DNA of 64,000 nucleotides from an uncultured Pseudomonadales bacterium (lineage in GTDB: Bacteria; Patescibacteriota; Microgenomatia; UBA1400; PJMF01). The DNA lies in NCBI GenBank assembly GCA_964556485.1, contig CAZKVV010000003.1, positions 56,610 through 120,609 on the forward strand, read 5' to 3'. Under the pieces are notes generated by a model that was not told the origin of the DNA, did not search any database, and saw nothing but the letters and a program-made list of their open reading frames with translations. The position numbers were made by a program, and so were the translations under genes. Numbering within the stretch: the first letter of the stretch is position 1; each line of letters opens with the position of its first letter. Of this stretch, positions 18,077-28,423 are shown in pieces.

Positions 18077-21000
18077 CTAGTGATCTTTTTCTGCAAGTTT
18101 TAACAACGTACCCTGTCGTGTCAACGGAAACTTCGTATGTTTATGTCTTTTCAACATCTCTAAGTAAATTTTATGCCTCTTTTCTGTTGGTAAAACTTGA
18201 CTTTTTAGCCATACCTCAAGACTTTTTCCCATGATTTGTTGCGGTGGATCTTCGTGATACACTTTTCGATACCAACTATCTACATATTCATACAGGTTTT
18301 TATTTCTACGTAGTTTTGGTGGTGCAAAGTCATGAGAGCGCTGAGCTTTCACACCTTTAATCCGCACCACATTTCCTTTTTCAATTTTTTCTATTGGGTT
18401 TAATGACAAATTATTAATAACCGCTGTCATTTCTGCTTTATAAGAACTAAGACCTCCGTTTCTCGAATCACTGAGGGCCTCAACCATTGCGTGATATAGT
18501 CTTTCTCTTTCTTTTGGATCATCATAATCGTCGAATGCCTGAGCTAATCGCAAACAGTAATGAGTTAATAATGGTTCCAAAAAGAGTGTTAGATGGTTCC
18601 CCGGGAACATTTTAACTTTTCCTGCGGTTTGTAGCCACTTACCCAACAACCCACCCTTACCGGCCTCTTCATAGTGCTCCATGATTTGCTCAAAGGTTAG
18701 GGGCGCTGGTATGTCCTTGTATGCCATCTCAAGCAATTCGCCAAATCCGTTTTCTTCTGCCAACTGATACAACTCAATTGAGCTAACAGATTCCCTGTTG
18801 CCATCAAATTTTTTGGCTAACTCCAAAGCTCGATTTGCTATGTATTCTGGAGACTGAGTGTAGGCCGTCCATCGCTCTTCTTCAATTTTTGTTTTCCTAT
18901 GATTGGTAATCTCAATCACATCGGCTGATGCCAAACCTTCTTTCGCAAGCGCCTCCTGGTAGCTCTGATTATCTTTTGGATCCAACAAATACCTTCTCCA
19001 AGCCCTCTCTTCTTCTTCTTTATTAATTGGGTCGTTAGCAGCAAGTCTTTCTCGCAAACCCTCTCCAACCATTTTTGTTCTATTGCTGTCAATCATGTGG
19101 TCAAAAAGCCAGAGTGTTTCATCTGGATGAAGTCTTAAAAATGCATCTGTAGCCAGACCAATTGACTCACAATATCCTGCTAGGGGAATTCCATGATTCT
19201 CTTTGTAACCTGATTTTCGCTTTGTTTTTTCATCTCTGTGCGCAGTAAAATTATCAATTTCAAAAAACATTCGTTCATGTCGCCACATTTGTTGTTGTAA
19301 TTTAATCATTGCCTCGTGATCTGGCCAAGTCCAGTCTTCACTTTTTGCTGTTTCTTTTGTAACACCTCTTGCAATCGCCTCTGGCTTGAGAGGTTCCTTC
19401 TTTCCATATTTAAATTTGCTTTTTCTCAAATCTTCATGATAAAAAAGTATCCACATCGACCAATCTTCGTCATTTCCACCATACCTAAACATACGGTGTA
19501 CTGCAGCTGCCAGCGGGTCGGAGAACATAATTCTATCTGGATCTTTAACAGCACCATTATGTCCGCGTGTTTGAGTTGTTTTTTGTAATTCTCTAAGTGA
19601 GAGCGTGAGGTAGTCGAAGTTTGTATAAATAAGTTGTGCAAACTCTAGAGCGCGAGGATCATACCGTTTGCCACCTTCTCCGAAAACCTTATTGATATAC
19701 CTATCTAAAACTGTACGGCCGGTTTCACCAATGAGGAGAAAAAAATTCATTTCACCATCAAACTCATATAGTGGAGTTTCTCCAGGCCTCAAGTCGTTAA
19801 CGAGAATTGAAAGTTCTTTTCCATCTCTAAGAACTACACACTGGTCTGGCCGGAGTGACGCAGTTTTGACTACATGTTCTAATATTTCTGATAATTGAGC
19901 ACCATATTCTGGGTGATAGGTGGTGGCAATCAGCAACTCTCTACGAGTAATAATTCTTTTCTGCATCTCAGCGTACAGTTGCGATCTATCAGTGGAAGCT
20001 TTCTCATTTTCATGCTGATTCTGATTATCCATTGTCTTCAGCTGGACTTTAACTTTATAAACAATTCTGTCGATTTCTGCTTTTGGATCACCCTCAATGT
20101 TTGTATTGGCTTTTTTCATGAATTCATTAATGACTTCACGTTCTCTATTTCCGCCTGTAGGACCTTTCCACTCTTTCCACAAGAATGGGTCCATACGAGA
20201 ATCACCAATTTCATCGGCTAGTTCAGCCAACGACATAGTGCTCACTTCTGGTTTAAGCATTGTTTCAAGAATTCCTCCAGCATCCAACAAGTCTCTAATT
20301 CTGGGAACAAGTTGCTCAATTGCTTGAACAACCGATGCCTTTTTTCCTGAAGGATTCAAAAGCCCTTTCACGGAAGCTTTAGCAACCTCATCTGTCAAAT
20401 CTATTTTGAGTTGCTTAAGTGCTTTTCTTGGTAAATCTTGTCTTTTTGCCGGTACTTGAGCAAGTAATCTTTTAATTTCAATGATAATTGGGTTGCTATT
20501 AAAGTCATTAAGCTCTTTTGCTGCAGCATCTTGTTCTATAAGCTCGTTTAACTCGGCTAGTTTTGCTGTCGCAGCATCGAACAAACTTTGTATGTAGTCG
20601 TTCTTAAGATCTCCAAAGTGGTTTGCTGGAGTAAGCCACTCGTTTGCTTTTTTTTCAGCTGTTGCATCAGCCACCTTTGACTGAAGTGCTGTAATTCTAT
20701 CTTGAGGAGTATCGCCAGGAGTATACGGAGGTGCCGGCGACACTCGAGCTGTTTGAGCAACTAAATCTTGCAACATTGGATATTGATCTAGCGTTGCTTT
20801 CCAAGTTTCAAACAATTTTGTATCAATTTCAACAATACGATCGTTTAATTTCTTGCGCATTTCCTTTGCTGGATTAATGTATAAAATGAGTATTTGCCTG
20901 TTTCTTCTGACACTAACCACAGCATCGTCAGAGCGAGCCAAGGCCTCTCTAATTTCTTCTGCATTATCTATGAGTTGATCTAAATCTGCTGTGAGTGAAC

Positions 21001-21877
21001 CACTATGACCCACCACTTGTCTAGGATCCCAATCTGGGTCTGCTAAATATTGATTAGCCTCGGCAACAAATAAGGCTAGTATTCTTAACTCGTCGGGGTG
21101 AGAGGTGTCAACACTTTGCCAGCTTATTTCTTGAGTTGGTGCCTTATCTTTAAGTTGACCTAAAATAGTTGAAATATTGTGTAATAATCCATTAATTTCT
21201 GCAAGCTGATTAGTAAACTCTAGGTCATAACTTAAATCAAGATCTGACATCTCCATGTAAAAACCAACCCTCAGTGCCTCGAGAGCTTCAGCTGCTGTAA
21301 AATCGGAATCTGCCACAGCACGCTGTACTTCTGTTAAAAATGGGCGGAGTTTTGCTAGTAGTGCCTTTTTTTCAGTAGTAAACGACTCCAATCTTTGTGC
21401 TGTATCTTCTTCAATGTCTTGAACAGGTGCTGCGTCTGCCTGATTTACTACTTCTTCAAGAGGTTGCTCGGGTGTTTGAGATTTAGCCATGCGTTCCTGT
21501 GCAACTCTTCGGGCTCTATCAAGCAAGCCAGCACCACCACTTTTGATTTTATTCAATCTATCATTAAGAGCAGCAAGCCTTCTTTGCGCAACAATTTGGT
21601 CAGATTCTTGTGCAGCCCGAACGATCTCTTCTCTGTTAGTAAGGTAATAATCAGCTTGAGTCCTAGATACATCGCTTAGTTTAAAACCTGATTTAAAAAT
21701 AAAACTTTCTAACGTATTAAGGTGTTCGTTTATTGCACCAACATCACGGTTGGCAATTGAAGCAGTGAGAGCAGCAATTAAGCGATTATACTCACCTTGA
21801 AGAGCAATTTTTTCTTGTTGTGGTCTTGATTCACTATCTGGTCTAGCCATGGGTAATATTATATCATTTTTCCTCAT
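18077..21877 (-). CDS. giant cytoplasmic protein (1266 aa), unknown function
   Basis: Long uninterrupted ORF with no signal peptide or TM segment and no recognisable motifs. Divergently transcribed from the downstream large genes. Confidence 0.55.
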   Translation of the reverse strand: MRKNDIILPMARPDSESRPQQEKIALQGEYNRLIAALTASIANRDVGAINEHLNTLESFIFKSGFKLSDVSRTQADYYLTNREEIVRAAQESDQIVAQRRLAALNDRLNKIKSGGAGLLDRARRVAQERMAKSQTPEQPLEEVVNQADAAPVQDIEEDTAQRLESFTTEKKALLAKLRPFLTEVQRAVADSDFTAAEALEALRVGFYMEMSDLDLSYDLEFTNQLAEINGLLHNISTILGQLKDKAPTQEISWQSVDTSHPDELRILALFVAEANQYLADPDWDPRQVVGHSGSLTADLDQLIDNAEEIREALARSDDAVVSVRRNRQILILYINPAKEMRKKLNDRIVEIDTKLFETWKATLDQYPMLQDLVAQTARVSPAPPYTPGDTPQDRITALQSKVADATAEKKANEWLTPANHFGDLKNDYIQSLFDAATAKLAELNELIEQDAAAKELNDFNSNPIIIEIKRLLAQVPAKRQDLPRKALKQLKIDLTDEVAKASVKGLLNPSGKKASVVQAIEQLVPRIRDLLDAGGILETMLKPEVSTMSLAELADEIGDSRMDPFLWKEWKGPTGGNREREVINEFMKKANTNIEGDPKAEIDRIVYKVKVQLKTMDNQNQHENEKASTDRSQLYAEMQKRIITRRELLIATTYHPEYGAQLSEILEHVVKTASLRPDQCVVLRDGKELSILVNDLRPGETPLYEFDGEMNFFLLIGETGRTVLDRYINKVFGEGGKRYDPRALEFAQLIYTNFDYLTLSLRELQKTTQTRGHNGAVKDPDRIMFSDPLAAAVHRMFRYGGNDEDWSMWILFYHEDLRKSKFKYGKKEPLKPEAIARGVTKETAKSEDWTWPDHEAMIKLQQQMWRHERMFFEIDNFTAHRDEKTKRKSGYKENHGIPLAGYCESIGLATDAFLRLHPDETLWLFDHMIDSNRTKMVGEGLRERLAANDPINKEEEERAWRRYLLDPKDNQSYQEALAKEGLASADVIEITNHRKTKIEEERWTAYTQSPEYIANRALELAKKFDGNRESVSSIELYQLAEENGFGELLEMAYKDIPAPLTFEQIMEHYEEAGKGGLLGKWLQTAGKVKMFPGNHLTLFLEPLLTHYCLRLAQAFDDYDDPKERERLYHAMVEALSDSRNGGLSSYKAEMTAVINNLSLNPIEKIEKGNVVRIKGVKAQRSHDFAPPKLRRNKNLYEYVDSWYRKVYHEDPPQQIMGKSLEVWLKSQVLPTEKRHKIYLEMLKRHKHTKFPLTRQGTLLKLAEKDH

Positions 21878-22147
21878 AAAACTGTCAAAGAAGATTTACG
21901 ACAACTAATGCCCACCCACTGTCTGGGTACTATCGTACTTGCATTACCTTATTTTTTTCGCTACAGTGGTGAAACTTTACGGAATCTGGTGAAAATCCAG
22001 AGCTGTGCCGCAACGGTGACTGTTACAAACAGAAGTCCGATCTGTAAAGAAACTTTGTACAACCAAAGTATACCGACGAGCATCGGGCTTGCGCCCATCG
22101 TACTACTTTCCACACCAGCAAGCCTTGTTGCTCCTCTCAGGAGGAGT

Positions 22148-23986
22148 ATGTTGAGCAGACAAGAAAAAAACCCACCTACATCCCAATTTGAACAATGGGA
22201 CGCAACTGATTACATTGCACTAATGGCCAATCCTGCTTTTCGCACGGAGGAAGCATTACGAACTCTTTTTGCAGCCAATTTTTTTGCTTTTGCAGCCGAG
22301 TATACTCGAGGTGAACTCATTTCTAACTTTACAATGAATGTTGATCCTCAAAAAGGCCTGTTGGGAATGTCCTCTTCATACAACGAAGGTATGGAAGGCA
22401 TGGGTGAGCACTTTGAAACTAAAATTGCAGGACAAAAAAAGCAAACTGCTCGAGCAGAGGCGGAAACCAACAATATCGACAAACTAAACGAGTGGTCAAA
22501 AACGGCTCCGGTTGATTCCTTTTTTGTCTGGAATAGTCCGCCAGGAAAGATATCTGAAGGATATGCAGGACTCAATTCGCATTCATTCATTTTTATCTAT
22601 CACAAAACAACTGCAAACACAGTGGTATTGCATCAACTCAGAACCTGGATGTCACTCTCACAACATGCTGAGTTTCAAAATCAGATCTCTTCTCATACCC
22701 AAAACATCTCATCCGCTGTAAATGCAGTAGAACATTCCTATCGCATCATTAATAACATTTCAGTCTTTGAACCCAAAGATGTGGGATGCACTTCCGCAGC
22801 AGAAGTAGTTGCAAAACTAACTGAAAGTGCCTACCAAACAGAGCAAACCTGGAAGACGAAACCACAAGAAATGCCCAAAGTTCCCGATGCTGAATATGCC
22901 CAACTTAGAGACTTTTTACTAAGCCTGTATGTGCGTGTGGTTGTACCCGCTCTTCTTACTGAAGTGCCCGAAACCCAAGATGCAAATAGTACGGAGTGGC
23001 TGGCGTTTATCTCCTCACCAGCATATAAAATGCTCATTCAAAAATTAGATGTTGCTTTCGGCATATTAGCCTATCAACCGCTTACTAAATGGGTGGCAGA
23101 AAAAGACGAAAATAAACAACAATCACTTCTGGGGCAGTTGTTAAGAAAAAAAGATACGTCAATCACCACTCTTTCGTTTGAAGAGATTGAAGAAAAACTA
23201 CTTTCACTCTTTCATTTACAACTACAAAAATCTGCAGGTACACCAATTACTCGAAAACAAATCAAAGAATACAATGCCATCGCTTCATCGCTCATGGCTA
23301 CAACATCAAGAGGATTGAGTTTGGGTCAGTGTGGGCTTGGAACCTTTATACCTACTAGAATGTTCAAAACATTTGGACTACAAGACATAGCTGGCTCAAC
23401 TCTTAACCCAGGAATGCTTCTAGGTTTGCCCTCTCACGAAAAAGCTGCAGCCTTTTCATTCTTAACAACCAAAAAATATCTTCCTCTCCACCTTCCCAAT
23501 GGTGAAACTTGGTATGTTTTAGCCAAACACCATCAACTCTATGCCAATTATTTTGCTCAAAATCCAAATAGTTTCACAGCTGATGGACTGCCCATCGGCC
23601 CTTGCGGCTGGTTACTGCGCGGCGACCCTCGTGGTATGGATGAGCTCGTTTTAACCGGTGGAGAATTTAGTCAATTTGAACTACTCAAAGCGTCGTTACT
23701 CGCCGATTTATTAAGCAATCCTCACGACACACTTTCATTACTCGAATCATCCCTCATGCCTCATATTCACTCCGCTGTACAAAAAGAGAGGCTCACTCAA
23801 GTACTACTCACTTTACATGACGCACTTAAAACAACGGTTTCACTTCAGGAGCTGCTTTTTTCTGATTTTTTTAACAAAACAGCTTTTCCTTTAATAGCTA
23901 GTCTTTCAAAAAAAGTTGATGTTCGCCAATTTGTGACTAATCCAGAGCATACTGCCGCACAAGTTGTTGCTGCTTTTGAGGTATAA
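22148..23986 (+). CDS. hypothetical protein (about 612 aa)
   Basis: Start moved to the ATG at 22148 preceded by AGGAGGAG. The upstream 240 nt of the ORF-track ORF look non-coding (odd composition, structured RNA motifs). Confidence 0.5.
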   Translation: MLSRQEKNPPTSQFEQWDATDYIALMANPAFRTEEALRTLFAANFFAFAAEYTRGELISNFTMNVDPQKGLLGMSSSYNEGMEGMGEHFETKIAGQKKQTARAEAETNNIDKLNEWSKTAPVDSFFVWNSPPGKISEGYAGLNSHSFIFIYHKTTANTVVLHQLRTWMSLSQHAEFQNQISSHTQNISSAVNAVEHSYRIINNISVFEPKDVGCTSAAEVVAKLTESAYQTEQTWKTKPQEMPKVPDAEYAQLRDFLLSLYVRVVVPALLTEVPETQDANSTEWLAFISSPAYKMLIQKLDVAFGILAYQPLTKWVAEKDENKQQSLLGQLLRKKDTSITTLSFEEIEEKLLSLFHLQLQKSAGTPITRKQIKEYNAIASSLMATTSRGLSLGQCGLGTFIPTRMFKTFGLQDIAGSTLNPGMLLGLPSHEKAAAFSFLTTKKYLPLHLPNGETWYVLAKHHQLYANYFAQNPNSFTADGLPIGPCGWLLRGDPRGMDELVLTGGEFSQFELLKASLLADLLSNPHDTLSLLESSLMPHIHSAVQKERLTQVLLTLHDALKTTVSLQELLFSDFFNKTAFPLIASLSKKVDVRQFVTNPEHTAAQVVAAFEV

Positions 23987-23994
23987 TTACCCAT

Positions 23995-26900
23995 ATGAGT
24001 GCAGCTGGATTGCCGCCAGAAGATCTTCGTTTCGAGCTTGTCAAACGACTTGATCCTTCTTTGTCCCTCAAAAACAACCGTTCCCAAGTAGAAATAATTT
24101 TCAACCAGCTCAAGTCAGCATTTAAAAGAGGCGAATTAGTTGGGGATTCATTTATTACCGTACAGCTGGCAGATGCTCGAACACGACTATTATCAGTTGT
24201 CTCCAACACCCGTGAGGGTTTGAGCGAAAGTGAGCAAGAAAAATACTTATTTTACTCAGACTTTGCCGCACTACTTCTAGACATCGCTAAACTCTTCAAG
24301 GCAAGTAGTAAAAAACAAGAATTCACCCAATATGCTACAACCGAAAAACAATTAAAAGAATGGGCTCACGAAGCAGGTGCGCCATATGAATCCATTTCTG
24401 AATTTGCTGTGTGGCAACATCGGTATGAACTACAAACACTTCTAGATAAGTTAGCAGCAAGTTTTAAAGATTTTTCAGTTGATGAAGAAGTCGAAACAGA
24501 AGTTGAGGATGAGGAAACAGAAGCTGAAAAAGACGTCGCACAAGAAGATGATGAAAAAAAGCGCAAGCTAATTGCTGAAGCGTTAGAAAAGCAACAAGAA
24601 GATGTGGCAGCGGCTGCAGCGGCCCTATCTAGTGCGGTGGTGCCCACCACTACAGATGGTGGCGCTGCTCTCGCCAGTGCTTCAGCAACTCCCCCTCCAG
24701 TTTCTATAGACCCTAGCAAACCACTTGGCTCGCAACTAACTGCCAAACAACTTAGTCAATACAATGCCAATATTGGTTGGTTAACCAGTTTTACACTACT
24801 CCAAATTGCAGATGAGATGGGTTTGGAGATTTCCACACTTCCACCAGATTTGCGTGGCGAATTAACCGGAATGGTTGCGACCTACCTCACCACTGAGGGC
24901 GACCTCGCCGAGCTGCTAAAAGGTAGTCCTACCGCTCGTCTCAGAGCTATTCGTGGCTTTCAAAAATACTTACAACAAAATAATTTCTATGACAAACATC
25001 AACTCTATCCTTCAGCCACATCTACGCTTGAAGAAAGAACAGACAAGCGGATAAACGAAATTTTAGGCGATACCAACAGCATAATTGACACCAGCATTCG
25101 CAAAACAGTCGAGGATATTGTCCTAGTTCATGGTCAAAAAAGCCAGAAGCTCATTGACTCTTTCGACAATGCAAAAATTGAACTCATTTTTGGACTAGAT
25201 CGATACAAAATTACCATCGAGCAAGCAGATAAACTCAAGGGTGTTCTTAAATCATATGCCGAAGTGAGATTGGATGAACTCGTTTTGCACACTGGTGATG
25301 AAGACACGCTTGAAGGACTGGATCCCGACCAAAATCCAGAATTAAAAGATGTAACAACACTTGTTGATCAAATTAAAGCAGTAAGAACAACTATTCAGCA
25401 AAACACAACCAGTGCAGACAGTGAAAAAGCGGAACTTGGCGCTGGAGCACTCACTTCTAAAGGAGGAGTTTCTAAAAAAATCAAGCTGGCCGTTGAACAA
25501 AATCAGAAAATTTTTGGTCCATATTGGAGTAGTTTGTCTCCCGAGCAGCAGGCTGTTGTGCTCTCAACACTCGATCCGTCATACAAAAATCTGCTTGAAG
25601 TTAGACAGCATCCAGTAGAAGGCTATCCACTACCTCTAACTATTGCTGAATTTAATCCTGATATTCTTCGTCGCTTTGAACTTGAGCAAAGCATGTTGAA
25701 AAACGGTAAAATGAGCCCTGAGGAGTATCAACTCGCTCTGGAAATTGCACAATACAACGATCTAGTTGAGCAACAAGAGGCCGTTGCTGCGCAACTACGT
25801 CAAGAATATTTAGCTCTCACTTCAGCAGAACAACAAGCAGCAATTGCAACCTCACTAGCCCTCGAAAATCTGGCACAAATGCAAGAACAGGCTAGTTTCA
25901 TGGAAATGTGTCAACAAGATGAAGCATTATGTGCTGCGGGTGGTGGTGAATCAGTCGACTCAGAAGCTATCAACGAACCATCTAATGTTGGCGATGGTAG
26001 TCCTGTTGACAACGGTAGAAGCCTGATAAAAAGAAGGCGTGGTAAAAAAGGAGAAGGTGTTTCTCCTAAAGAGAAAAGGATTAAAGCACTTAAAAATGCT
26101 GCTAGCAAAAAAGCTCATGCCGCTGTTAATAGCGGTCTTACAAAAGCGGCTGGAGCAATTCCTGTTGTTGGAACTGCGGCAGCAGCTGTACTCACTGCGC
26201 TCAGCGCTGTAATTGGCAAAGAAAATGCTAACAAGTTGGTAGCTGGAGTAGGTGTTGCCGCAGGCTTAGTTTTTGCTAAAACACTATATGCTTTCACCAC
26301 TATTGGCGGAGCTCTTGGAGGAGCTATTGGCGGAATTGTAGGAAGCATACTTGCCCCAGGAGCAGGAACGCTTATTGGCGCTGTTCTTGGCGCTAATATT
26401 GGCGCCGCCATTGCTCCTGCCTCTTGGATGGGTGTTTTTAGCGGTGGTGGTGGTGGACTATTTAGTTCAACTGTATTTCCAACAGTTGGCTCGGTTGCTT
26501 CAACTGCCACGAACGCAGCGGGTACTGTTGTCTCGGGTGCGTCTAGTGCCGCTAGTACAGTAGCGCAAGCTACACAAGCAACTACTACAGCAGGGTCTGC
26601 CACAACAGCCGCAACCATAAAGGCGACAGGACTCAACGTGATTACTGCAACAACCAGCCTCACTTTCTTGGCGCCTGTGGGAGGAGTAGTTCTAGCAGGA
26701 TCCTTCACGCTCGTTGTTCTTATTGTTATTTTTGCCGCGTTTCTTGTACCAATGCCTTTTTCTTCTTACTCTGGTGGCGCAAATCAAACCGAATCACTCT
26801 ACGCGACAGTAGAAAAAACCTCAAACCCATCATCGCTCAGTAACAATACCCCAACACAAGTTACCTACACTATTTCGATTGCTCCTCGAACTGGGTATCA

Positions 26901-27735
26901 AATTGAAATTAAGGGTGTAACCGACAGTTTTTCAAATGTTGGCGGTACTGGATCTGTCCCCACTTCACCACTAGTTCGTGATAATTTTCCAACAGGAGTT
27001 TTGTCACAGCCAACCACTACTACCTACACCATTGAGCTTTCTGGAGAAGACATACTCGTTAGCAATACCGTCACCTTTGTCATCGACGTTTTCAACCCAA
27101 GTGGAGAGTTAATTAAACAAGGTGAAAGTATTAGCTCAATTGCTTCAGTGCGCATTGGAAATCCACCCATTGGTTGTTTTGAGTTTGCTCCGGCTGGCGA
27201 AAGAATTACCTACACAACTAACGGTCAATCTTACACCAATATTTCTGAAACCATTACTCAAACAGATCAAAACTTGTTTTTGCAATCTTTTACTCGCAGA
27301 GTAGCAACCAATGCAATGTATATATCATTACTCTGTTCTGACGGCCCCATTCTCATTCATAAGTGGCAAGCAAGTCCATCCGGATACTATGCCTGGGTTT
27401 TTGCTCCAAATAAAATTGGGTTTTATGCACCCGCTTGGAGTTCTGGGCGTTGGTTTGAGTACACACTCATACACGAGACGGGTCATATTATTGATGCGCG
27501 CAATGGAGGACTTCGTACGCAATTCTTACAAGTAAAAACAGATGCATCCTGCTATTCATACCCAGCTACCTGCAGTGAGGGTGAATCATTTGCTGAAGGT
27601 ATGGTCCTCTATGTCTTATATCAAACACTCAGTTTTAACTTTAGCAATTGGACTGGCCCGTTCCCTTTTAAATCAGATTACCCCGTTGAATACAACTGGT
27701 ATAAACAAAATATTTTTGGTGGACAGGAGTTTTAA
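23995..27735 (+). CDS. giant membrane protein (1246 aa) with C-terminal HExxH zinc-metallopeptidase-like motif
   Basis: Acidic coiled N-terminal half. Gly/Ala-rich TM cluster (residues about 720-900). C-terminal TLIHETGHIID followed by a downstream acidic SEGESFAEG (zincin-like). Confidence 0.55.
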   Translation: MSAAGLPPEDLRFELVKRLDPSLSLKNNRSQVEIIFNQLKSAFKRGELVGDSFITVQLADARTRLLSVVSNTREGLSESEQEKYLFYSDFAALLLDIAKLFKASSKKQEFTQYATTEKQLKEWAHEAGAPYESISEFAVWQHRYELQTLLDKLAASFKDFSVDEEVETEVEDEETEAEKDVAQEDDEKKRKLIAEALEKQQEDVAAAAAALSSAVVPTTTDGGAALASASATPPPVSIDPSKPLGSQLTAKQLSQYNANIGWLTSFTLLQIADEMGLEISTLPPDLRGELTGMVATYLTTEGDLAELLKGSPTARLRAIRGFQKYLQQNNFYDKHQLYPSATSTLEERTDKRINEILGDTNSIIDTSIRKTVEDIVLVHGQKSQKLIDSFDNAKIELIFGLDRYKITIEQADKLKGVLKSYAEVRLDELVLHTGDEDTLEGLDPDQNPELKDVTTLVDQIKAVRTTIQQNTTSADSEKAELGAGALTSKGGVSKKIKLAVEQNQKIFGPYWSSLSPEQQAVVLSTLDPSYKNLLEVRQHPVEGYPLPLTIAEFNPDILRRFELEQSMLKNGKMSPEEYQLALEIAQYNDLVEQQEAVAAQLRQEYLALTSAEQQAAIATSLALENLAQMQEQASFMEMCQQDEALCAAGGGESVDSEAINEPSNVGDGSPVDNGRSLIKRRRGKKGEGVSPKEKRIKALKNAASKKAHAAVNSGLTKAAGAIPVVGTAAAAVLTALSAVIGKENANKLVAGVGVAAGLVFAKTLYAFTTIGGALGGAIGGIVGSILAPGAGTLIGAVLGANIGAAIAPASWMGVFSGGGGGLFSSTVFPTVGSVASTATNAAGTVVSGASSAASTVAQATQATTTAGSATTAATIKATGLNVITATTSLTFLAPVGGVVLAGSFTLVVLIVIFAAFLVPMPFSSYSGGANQTESLYATVEKTSNPSSLSNNTPTQVTYTISIAPRTGYQIEIKGVTDSFSNVGGTGSVPTSPLVRDNFPTGVLSQPTTTTYTIELSGEDILVSNTVTFVIDVFNPSGELIKQGESISSIASVRIGNPPIGCFEFAPAGERITYTTNGQSYTNISETITQTDQNLFLQSFTRRVATNAMYISLLCSDGPILIHKWQASPSGYYAWVFAPNKIGFYAPAWSSGRWFEYTLIHETGHIIDARNGGLRTQFLQVKTDASCYSYPATCSEGESFAEGMVLYVLYQTLSFNFSNWTGPFPFKSDYPVEYNWYKQNIFGGQEF

Positions 27736-27737
27736 CT

Positions 27738-28358
27738 ATGGAAAGAGGTCGTAAACGAGTTCACGAGTTACATCAAGAAGTCGCACCCAAACAAGCTGAT
27801 TTTGACAGAAAACCAAAAAAGAACTGGGTATTGCCTGCCATTGCGATTTCAGCAGTGCTGTTGTTGATCATCACCTTCATCAGACTATTCACTCCGGAAA
27901 CACAGCCACCACTACAAGAAAACAGTTGGAATGGCGTTACGCCCGGATATTCCTTCACACAAAAAGTTTCTGAGGAACTCGGCGAACCTATTTCGGTAAA
28001 CATGGTTGGAAATGCAAAAGAAGTTAGTTATAAATCTGTATTCCCTTCCAAACCAAATACTATTCTTGTTTCCGATAATGGTATAGTCGAGTTTATTAAG
28101 GAACATGTCACCTACGACTCCAAACATACTGTTGAAAACTACCTCCCTAAACTCGGTCAGCCTGATTTTGTGTTATTCGCCCCAGAAATTAGCATTGGAG
28201 TGCAAGCGCATGTATTTTTATCAAAAGGCGTAGTACTCATTGCTCACAGCAAAGATAATAGTGTCGAACAAAAATGGTATTTTGCGCCAACTAATAAAGA
28301 TTCGTTTATGTTTACTTGGGGAAAAGAACTTTCAGAATCATTTAGTAATCCAGAATAG
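27738..28358 (+). CDS. bitopic membrane protein, VirB8-like candidate
   Basis: 206 aa. Short basic N-terminus, one TM (WVLPAIAISAVLLLIITFIRLF), extracytoplasmic domain of about 150 aa. Assignment is by architecture and locus context only. Confidence 0.35.
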   Translation: MERGRKRVHELHQEVAPKQADFDRKPKKNWVLPAIAISAVLLLIITFIRLFTPETQPPLQENSWNGVTPGYSFTQKVSEELGEPISVNMVGNAKEVSYKSVFPSKPNTILVSDNGIVEFIKEHVTYDSKHTVENYLPKLGQPDFVLFAPEISIGVQAHVFLSKGVVLIAHSKDNSVEQKWYFAPTNKDSFMFTWGKELSESFSNPE

Positions 28359-28423
28359 CCACATCTAGCATTATATGTGTTGATCCTGCTATTATTAATA
28401 TCTAGTACTCTAAGCGCTGCCCT

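Noticed and set aside
21908-22147. ORF-track start of the 692-aa ORF at 21908
   Set aside because: The first 80 codons have aberrant composition and overlap structured-RNA-like motifs. The ATG at 22148 with an upstream AGGAGG is the more credible start.
26115-26708. 197-aa minus-strand ORF rich in Ala/Pro/Val
   Set aside because: It is antisense to the Gly/Ala-rich TM region of the 1246-aa gene. It is a typical shadow ORF of GC-rich, codon-biased sequence.
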